From contig CAYWJQ010000003.1 of the NCBI GenBank assembly GCA_964458595.1, forward strand, positions 123,116-187,115: DNA of 64,000 nt. The letters are read 5' to 3'. Shown piece by piece: positions 57,984-64,000 of the stretch. The notes beneath the pieces were generated by a model. It saw nothing but the letters and a program-made list of their open reading frames with translations. It searched no databases and was not told the DNA's origin. This DNA comes from an uncultured Thermoplasmata archaeon (GTDB taxonomy: Archaea > Thermoplasmatota > Thermoplasmata > Halarchaeoplasmatales > Halarchaeoplasmataceae). Position 1 is the first letter of the stretch, and each line of letters opens with the position of its first letter. The translations under genes were made by a program, and so were the position numbers.

Positions 57984-58652
57984 TTATTCATTTTTTATAT
58001 AATAAAGTCTATTGCTTTGGTCTTCTTCCGCAAATTCAACCTGAACTTTATCCTTTATAGAGAAATCTTTTTCGATGATATCTTCTATTTTATCGTCTTC
58101 CAGATTCCAGAAGTAGATCCCACTTTCTTCTCTATAAAAGTTATCTGAGATCTCTTCGGCTTTGAATTCTTCCATCTTTTTCGGTTCGATGTAATCGTTC
58201 AACTTGAGAAAAATCTTACCGCCGGGCTTTATTATCCTTTGGAATTCGTCGATCAGTTTTCTCGCATCCTTCGGGATGAGATTGTCCAAAACGTTAGAAA
58301 GTATGCCCGCATCGAATCTATCATCTTGATAGTTTTTCAGGTCCACGATGCCTCCAACGAAAAAGTCCGTTTTTTCTTCTATATCGTTTGAGACTGCAAT
58401 ACTTTTTGCAGTTTGGATCCCTTCTGGACTTATATCTAAACCGACCCCTCTTTCAGCTCCTTTTGCCAGGCATCTCATCAATAACTTACCGTTCCCACAG
58501 CCGAAATCGATCACCGAGGCCTCGTTCGAGACCAACCAATCTAACCCTCCTTCGATCTCTTCAAAGGAAAGACTTTCTCTGTAATCAAAATCTTCGTCGT
58601 GATCACTGAAAACATCGTCCCAAAATTCCACGGTCCTCTCGTAAGATGACAT
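57984..58652 (-). CDS. Class I SAM-dependent methyltransferase (second, paralogous)
   Basis: Motif I VIDFGCGNGKLLMRCLAKGAERGVGLDIS, and IIKPGGKIFL. Confidence 0.7.
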   Translation of the reverse strand: MSSYERTVEFWDDVFSDHDEDFDYRESLSFEEIEGGLDWLVSNEASVIDFGCGNGKLLMRCLAKGAERGVGLDISPEGIQTAKSIAVSNDIEEKTDFFVGGIVDLKNYQDDRFDAGILSNVLDNLIPKDARKLIDEFQRIIKPGGKIFLKLNDYIEPKKMEEFKAEEISDNFYREESGIYFWNLEDDKIEDIIEKDFSIKDKVQVEFAEEDQSNRLYYIKNE

Positions 58653-59066
58653 GATGAAAGTTCAAAAACTACCATTATATTAATCAATCGTTCATATCTG
58701 AAAATAAAGCCGTATTTTACCTCTTTTAAGCGTTTAAAAATCTTATTTTTGGGCAAATAAAAAATAACTCCTAACTCATATATGCTTTAAAGAAGCGATC
58801 TAGCCGGGAAAACGGATTCTTTCAGGATAAAAAAAGTAGATCGCCAACTATCATGATCAAGGTTGAAGATCCATCTTCAGAGGAATAATATTTCCTAATT
58901 AGGTGGGTGAAATTCCAACTCATTTGGGATCACGCTCTGTGATCTAAACAGGTGCTCAAGGAGTCTTTAAGGAATGAAATTTCACGGGATTAAAGATGTG
59001 ATGAAGCTAAAAGGAATTTCCTGCTTTGATTATATATGGAAAAGGCGCGAATAGAGGTAGATTAAA

Positions 59067-59951
59067 ATGAAATACGTGATAAAAGAAGACAGCAGATATC
59101 CCTTCTCTAAGGGTATCTTGGCAAGATCTCTGGACATTACAGGTCTATCGATCGATAAGATATATGAGATAGTTCAGGAAGTAAATGAGGAGATCCAGGA
59201 AAGGGAAGGAAAAGAGATCCGATCCAAAGAGATTAAGGAAAAGATTAGAAAGAAACTGCTCGATAAAGGCTATGAAAAGGAAGAAAAATTTTATCGAATT
59301 TCTAGGGAAATCAGATATCTCGATAAGCCTCTATTGATCTTGATAGGAGGGGGCCCGGGAGTCGGTAAATCCACACTTTCATCTGAATTGGGCCACAGGT
59401 TGGGGATAAACAGGGTGATCGGAACGGATACGATAAGAGAGATAATGAGAACTATGCTGACCTATGATATCGCTCCCAATCTCCATGAATCGACCTACAT
59501 GACCGACAAGAGCGTAGCAGCGCCCTTCGTAAGTAACAAATTGATATACGGTTACGATCAGCAGGTGAATCTGGTGAGTTCTGGGATGAAAGCGGTAATC
59601 GATAGAGGAGTGAAGGAGGGACTCAATACTATCATAAATGGAGTCCACATAGTACCCGGTTATCTCGATTTGGACGATAACGAGGACGCTTGGGTCTTTC
59701 AATATGTACTGGAAGTCCCTAATCTAGATGAACATGTAGAGAGGTTCAAGATGAGGGCCGAGGGCAGCCACAGAGATCCGGATAGGTATATCGACAGGAT
59801 AAATAAGATAAGGGAGATCCAGGAATTCACTATCCAACAGGCGAGAGAGAACGATGCTAAAGTCATCACAAATATAAATATGGAGGCGACGATACGGGAG
59901 ATGATCGAGGACGTCATAAAAGGCTTAGAACAGGTGGTAGATGATGAGTAA
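59067..59951 (+). CDS. 2-phosphoglycerate kinase-like protein (ATP-cone + P-loop kinase)
   Basis: N-terminal ATP-cone-like (MKYVIKEDSRYPFSKGILARSL...). Walker A LILIGGGPGVGKSTLSSELGHRLG. ~294 aa fits the 2PGK family. Confidence 0.55.
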   Translation: MKYVIKEDSRYPFSKGILARSLDITGLSIDKIYEIVQEVNEEIQEREGKEIRSKEIKEKIRKKLLDKGYEKEEKFYRISREIRYLDKPLLILIGGGPGVGKSTLSSELGHRLGINRVIGTDTIREIMRTMLTYDIAPNLHESTYMTDKSVAAPFVSNKLIYGYDQQVNLVSSGMKAVIDRGVKEGLNTIINGVHIVPGYLDLDDNEDAWVFQYVLEVPNLDEHVERFKMRAEGSHRDPDRYIDRINKIREIQEFTIQQARENDAKVITNINMEATIREMIEDVIKGLEQVVDDE

Positions 59952-60375
59952 TTCGGCACCGAAATTTTACGATATAGATATACCGATCCGTAATTTCGTA
60001 ACTAAAAGGGTCATAGGAGTAGATTTGGAAAAGAGTGTCCAAGAGGCCGCGGAGATGATGGTCGAGTTCAATATCAGTTCTTTGACGGTCGTGGAAGATG
60101 ATGAGATCATCGGGTTTTTTACTGATGGTGACATAAAAAAGAAAGTCGTCGCGGAAGGTCTGAAACCAGATATACCGGTCAAAGAGATAATGGTGACAGA
60201 CCTCATCAAAGTCGATATCGATACCAAGGTGAAGAAAGTCCTTGAGCTCATGGCTGAAAAAAATGTCAAACACGTCCTCGTCGAAGAGAAAGATGAAATC
60301 GTTGGTATTATAACTTTTAGAGATCTGATAGAAATAGAAAAACAGAAACTAGAGACCTATATCTCGAGGGAATGA
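59941..60375 (+). CDS. CBS-domain pair protein
   Basis: Two CBS motifs (VEFNISSLTVVEDDEIIGFFTDGDI and KNVKHVLVEEKDEIVGIITFRDL). 11-bp overlap with the upstream gene. Confidence 0.75.
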   Translation: MMSNSAPKFYDIDIPIRNFVTKRVIGVDLEKSVQEAAEMMVEFNISSLTVVEDDEIIGFFTDGDIKKKVVAEGLKPDIPVKEIMVTDLIKVDIDTKVKKVLELMAEKNVKHVLVEEKDEIVGIITFRDLIEIEKQKLETYISRE

Positions 60376-60376
60376 G

Positions 60377-61879
60377 ATGAAGATATTTCAAATATCGGAT
60401 ACACATTTAGGAGATGAATCATATTTTGAAAAGGATGCCTTAGACAAGGCTTTGGAAGAGTTGAAAACAGGTGATTATGACTTACTTATCCATTCCGGCG
60501 ACGTGACACAGGACGGCAAATTGGAATACTATAAAGAAGCGCAGAGATTTTTTGAAAAGATCGAGATACCATATATCGTTATCCCGGGAAATCATGATAA
60601 AAGGAGCGGCGGAAAATCATTATTCGAAGATTATATCGGTTCTAGAAATGATGTTCAGGAGGTCGGTAACGCAGTTGTCGTTTATGTGGATAGTGCAGTT
60701 CCAGATACGGATATAGGACGGGTGGGCATGGTCAAGTTCGACATGATGAAGGAGGCTTTGAATGAATATAATAAAAAGGACATCAAGATAGTCGTTCTCC
60801 ACCATCATACTCTTCCAATACCGAAGGCTGGGAGGGAAAGGAACGTACTTTCCAATGCAGGAGATCTATTGGATCTATTTTTGAAAGCAGATGTGGACTT
60901 GGTTCTATCCGGGCATAGGCATTATCCCAATGTTTACAGGGTCGAGAATACAGTATTCGTGAACGCCGGGACGGTTTCTGGAAAAAAGACCAGACACGGC
61001 GACGTCAATTCTTATAATGTTATAGAGATAGAGAAAAACAGATTGAAGGTGAAGACGAAAAGGATAGGAAGATCCACTAGGTTGTATGAATATCCTAGGA
61101 AAGAAAAACGCATATTTCATGAATTTGGAGATAGAAAGACGAGGATCGTTCACCTATCCAACACCTCCATATCGTCATCTACGAATTTCAGATACACGCA
61201 TTTTCTGAATGCGGTCGACAAGATCAATTCTCTAGATCCGGATATAACGGTACATTGTGGGGGTGTGGTCGAAGAGGGGATAGAAAAAAATTACGAGATG
61301 GCGGGGCAAAACCTGTCCAAAATAGAAGGGCCCATAGTGTATACTCCGGCGGGGAGAGATATAAATTATCTGGGTTATGAACTGTTCCCTCATCATTTCG
61401 GTGAGATGGACCAATCCTACGAAGGCGATGATATATTTATACAAGGCGTTTCTTCATCACAATATGATTCGCCGATAGGAATAATAGGCGAGACCGAGAG
61501 GAAAAGATTGTTTCAAAAACTTGAAGACCGTGAAGAATCATTCAAAGGCGTATTCTTACACCACAACGTGATGCCCATACCCCATGCAAGGGAGAAGGGC
61601 CTGCTCGAGGACAGCGGAGATTTTTTGAGAGAACTGGTAGATGAAAAGATAGACTTGGTTTTGACCGGCACCTCTTCGCATCCATTCTCCGCGAAGATCG
61701 GCGATACGGTTGTGGTGAACGCGAATTCGATGAGCAGCGTCTATCAAAGGAGCGTGTACGGGAATTCGTTCAATCTTATAGACATATACGAGAAAGTGAT
61801 CGTAGTTTCGGAGATCAACAGTCTATGGGGTACTAGAAGAATAGTCGGGATGTGGGACAGGAACGATCTAGAAGTATAA
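60377..61879 (+). CDS. Tandem calcineurin-like metallophosphoesterase (two MPE domains in one 500-aa protein)
   Basis: Domain 1: ISDTHLG...HSGDVTQDG...IPGNHD...VLHHH...GHRH. Domain 2 repeats the pattern (HCGGVVE...TPAGRDINY...FLHHNV...GTSSHP) with partially degenerate metal ligands. Confidence 0.65.
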   Translation: MKIFQISDTHLGDESYFEKDALDKALEELKTGDYDLLIHSGDVTQDGKLEYYKEAQRFFEKIEIPYIVIPGNHDKRSGGKSLFEDYIGSRNDVQEVGNAVVVYVDSAVPDTDIGRVGMVKFDMMKEALNEYNKKDIKIVVLHHHTLPIPKAGRERNVLSNAGDLLDLFLKADVDLVLSGHRHYPNVYRVENTVFVNAGTVSGKKTRHGDVNSYNVIEIEKNRLKVKTKRIGRSTRLYEYPRKEKRIFHEFGDRKTRIVHLSNTSISSSTNFRYTHFLNAVDKINSLDPDITVHCGGVVEEGIEKNYEMAGQNLSKIEGPIVYTPAGRDINYLGYELFPHHFGEMDQSYEGDDIFIQGVSSSQYDSPIGIIGETERKRLFQKLEDREESFKGVFLHHNVMPIPHAREKGLLEDSGDFLRELVDEKIDLVLTGTSSHPFSAKIGDTVVVNANSMSSVYQRSVYGNSFNLIDIYEKVIVVSEINSLWGTRRIVGMWDRNDLEV

Positions 61880-61982
61880 ACGATTGGTTCGGTTACTAGT
61901 GCGGAATTAATAATATTGTTTAAATCTCAGAAAAAAGTTAAATATTCTCTTTAACCTTTGTAAATAGGAGGAGTGGGAGAGC

Positions 61983-62993
61983 ATGAAGAAAGGGAAGTTT
62001 CTCGTATCGATATTCTTTGTATTGATTTTATTGTTTACCGCGTCAATATCTTTAGCTCACGTTCCTAAAACTGGAGATGAAAACGAAAGCTTAGAGACCG
62101 CTAAGCTGGTAGAAGATCCGACCAAATCCTGGGTGATATATTCGGAACTGCGTGAAGGAGCGGAAACGAATTACTACGAGATGGAGATGGAAAAGGGTGA
62201 GAGACTCAGACTCAGTTTATTGATCCCAAATGACGGGGGCTTCGTGCCGGATCTGATCGTTATGGGTCCCGGAATCGAGTCTAACGGGTCTTTACCTCAC
62301 GGTGTAGAAAAACCCGAAAACGTTGGACACAAAGTCATCGAGGGCGAACTGGGCGAAAAGGAGTATGAACCTTTCACTCCCGCCGCTTATCACTATCCGG
62401 CGGAATATGAAGAGGAGGTAGAGGAATCAGGAACATATTATGCTGTTGTTTATGGGGAACATGAGAGCGGTGAATACGGCCTCGCGGTGGGCAAAGAGGA
62501 GAGATACGGTCTCGTAGAATGGATCCGCGTTCCAATCGACGTGGCAAATATACACATATGGGAAGGTCAACCGATATGGCTGATCTTTGCTCCGATGATA
62601 TCGGTTTTAGGGGTAGGGTTTGCGGATACTTTCAGGAGAAGATATAGAAATGGTTGGGGGCCCGATGACATAAAAGAGTGGGGTCTTTTGACCGCCGGTT
62701 TACTCTACATCGGCAGCGGTGCCATGCTCTTCATGCAGATCGGGATCGCCGGTGTCGAATCGCCGAGCCCCGCGATCATAGTAAGTGTCTTCTTCGCATC
62801 TCTACCGACCCTTTTTGGTTTGTTGCTCTGGAGAAGATCATCTGATTTCAAAAATCCAGATAGAAAGAGTAGAGTGAAAATACTCATTTACGGGCTCGTT
62901 GGGTTTTTCGTCTGGGCCGGACTGATAATTGGTCCTATCATAACTATCGTATCTGCGCTTCTCCCCGAGTCTTCAAAGACTAAAGAGACTTGA
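61983..62993 (+). CDS. Hypothetical secreted/membrane protein: signal peptide, acidic extracytoplasmic domain, C-terminal 4-TM region
   Basis: MKKGKFLVSIFFVLILLFTASISLAH signal peptide. C-terminal hydrophobic helices (PIWLIFAPMISVLGV..., LLYIGSGAMLFMQIGIAGV..., ILIYGLVGFFVWAGLIIGPIITIVSALL). Confidence 0.4.
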   Translation: MKKGKFLVSIFFVLILLFTASISLAHVPKTGDENESLETAKLVEDPTKSWVIYSELREGAETNYYEMEMEKGERLRLSLLIPNDGGFVPDLIVMGPGIESNGSLPHGVEKPENVGHKVIEGELGEKEYEPFTPAAYHYPAEYEEEVEESGTYYAVVYGEHESGEYGLAVGKEERYGLVEWIRVPIDVANIHIWEGQPIWLIFAPMISVLGVGFADTFRRRYRNGWGPDDIKEWGLLTAGLLYIGSGAMLFMQIGIAGVESPSPAIIVSVFFASLPTLFGLLLWRRSSDFKNPDRKSRVKILIYGLVGFFVWAGLIIGPIITIVSALLPESSKTKET

Positions 62994-63438
62994 CGTAGAT
63001 CGAACAGGGATTTCCTTCGTCCCAGCCCGGATAAGGATCGATAGTTTCTAGATGTAAAAAGTCCATCTTTTCATAGAATTTTCTAGTTCGGGCATAGGGT
63101 TCATAATCGGCATCTTTAGAGAGCGTTTTCACTTCGAGTATCTGTATCCCTTTCTCACGTAGATAGTTCTCGGATTGAAGGACGAGTTCTTTTCCGAATC
63201 CCGAACCTCTTTTGTCTTTTTTGACTGCCAACCAAGAGATGTCTGCGCAGTCGTCGTTCTTGATATCTAATGAGATAAATCCTGCTGTTTCGTTTTCTTC
63301 TTCAACTACGAAAAATTCGTGGTTTTTCAGATCTTTTTTCATACTCTCTAAAGCGTCTTCAGTAAAATATTCATCTAGACCCTTAGCTATATCGACGCAG
63401 TCTTCGACATCTTTTTCTATTCCAGCTCTCATTTTCAT
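62980..63438 (-). CDS. GNAT-family N-acetyltransferase
   Basis: LAVKKDKRGSGFGKELV (acetyl-CoA binding motif A). 152 aa. Confidence 0.7.
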   Translation of the reverse strand: MKMRAGIEKDVEDCVDIAKGLDEYFTEDALESMKKDLKNHEFFVVEEENETAGFISLDIKNDDCADISWLAVKKDKRGSGFGKELVLQSENYLREKGIQILEVKTLSKDADYEPYARTRKFYEKMDFLHLETIDPYPGWDEGNPCSIYVKSL

Positions 63439-63511
63439 TGGATGGATGGCAACCCCACGTTATTATTAAAATTATCGGAAGTCTTTTTAACATTATATGT
63501 GATTATAAACT

Positions 63512-63820
63512 ATGAAGCTGAAAGATAAAGTTGTTGTCGTGACGGGCTCTAGTTCTGGAATAGGGAAGTCTACGGCAGAATTGTTCGCTGAGGAGGGGAG
63601 TAAAGTCGTCGTGACCTACAATAGAGGGGAGGAAAAAGGGAGAGAGGTGATGGAGTACTGTGAGGAAAAAAGCGGATCTATGCTCACTCGCTTAGATGTA
63701 ACCGATAGATCTTCTATCGAGAAATCTCTAGAGGAAATTAAAGAACGATTTGGAAACGTAGATATACTAATCAGTGACTTCCTCACCTCCCTGACCAGCC
63801 GATCAGGAAGGTGCTTCTGA
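63512..63820 (+). pseudogene. Short-chain dehydrogenase/reductase (SDR) N-terminal fragment, truncated after ~90 residues
   Basis: VVVVTGSSSGIGKSTAELFAEEG (TGxxxGxG NAD(P) site) ... NVDILIS. A normal SDR would continue NNAG... and run ~250 aa. Here the frame diverges at ~63775 and stops at 63820. Confidence 0.5.
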
Positions 63821-64000
63821 CCAAAGCTAATGAGGTTGCATTCCGCTCGCCGACTTCATGAAGGAGTAGAACTCCGTCAGAGCGGTCAGGTCACTGCTTC
63901 CAGCTCCGGGACTAGCCACAAAGCCCCCTGCATCAGAAAGCGGCTTCAAAAGCTTTCCTAATGCCCGTCGTCCGATGTTATGTGCTCCGTTCTTGTCCGA
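63775..64000. other. GC-richer segment of different composition abutting the truncated SDR gene (possible end of an inserted or foreign element)
   Basis: The sequence from ~63780 on (ccgatcaggaaggtgcttctgacc...gcattccgctcgccgacttcatgaaggag...ccagctccgggactagccacaaagccccctgc) is visibly GC-richer than the rest of the window. The reverse strand has an open frame running off the window edge. Confidence 0.3.

Noticed and set aside
57223-58652. Possibility that the two methyltransferases are a restriction-modification or other defence system
   Set aside because: Both are small class I Rossmann MTases without DNA-MTase target-recognition domains or (D/N)PP(Y/F) motifs, and no nuclease gene is adjacent.
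58990-59040. C/D-box sRNA call based on the GTGATGA motif
   Set aside because: A plausible C box is present but no convincing CUGA D box at the expected distance. It is kept only as part of the intergenic-structure finding.

Overview
This is a chromosomal window from an archaeon, most likely a halophilic DPANN/Nanohaloarchaeota-like lineage.

Four observations point that way. The DNA is AT-rich by eye, while the proteins are extremely acidic (D/E-rich) throughout. The partial PCNA at the window start closely resembles haloarchaeal PCNA (PDIPDLDL, YLKDM). Two surface proteins end in PGF-CTERM archaeosortase sorting signals. The 23S rRNA gene stands alone, with no adjacent 16S or 5S.

Core content, in order along the window:
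- PCNA (partial)
- a four-subunit 2-oxoacid:ferredoxin oxidoreductase operon
- an oxidative-stress cluster (thioredoxin-domain protein, fRMsr-GAF, AhpD-like, ArsR, thioredoxin)
- ValRS
- DNA polymerase D large subunit interrupted by a LAGLIDADG intein
- FEN-1, co-oriented with an active plus a degenerate KaiC/RecA-like ATPase
- an unlinked 23S rRNA
- TrpRS
- a giant 2168-aa AglB/STT3 oligosaccharyltransferase fused to a long array of Ig-like/CARDB-like domains, translationally coupled to a CARDB-domain membrane protein
- MetRS, tRNA-Gly(UCC), SepF, mevalonate kinase, HtpX, PriS primase
- a radical SAM protein
- a sensor histidine kinase that is split from, or frameshifted relative to, its membrane domain
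- RNase P Pop5
- an unusual B12/radical-SAM-like protein
- a Nob1-like PIN protein, two SAM methyltransferases, a 2PGK-like kinase, a CBS protein, a tandem metallophosphoesterase, a GNAT, and a truncated SDR

Accessory signals are concentrated at 0.7-7.1 kb: a GLUG-repeat PGF-CTERM surface protein, a PGF-CTERM gene remnant, a long perfect hairpin, an IS481-like IS with terminal inverted repeats and a 13-bp direct repeat, and a tightly packed trio of small acidic ORFs. A second accessory signal sits at the extreme 3' end, where an SDR gene is cut off by visibly GC-richer DNA.

I saw no CRISPR array, cas genes or recognisable restriction-modification system.
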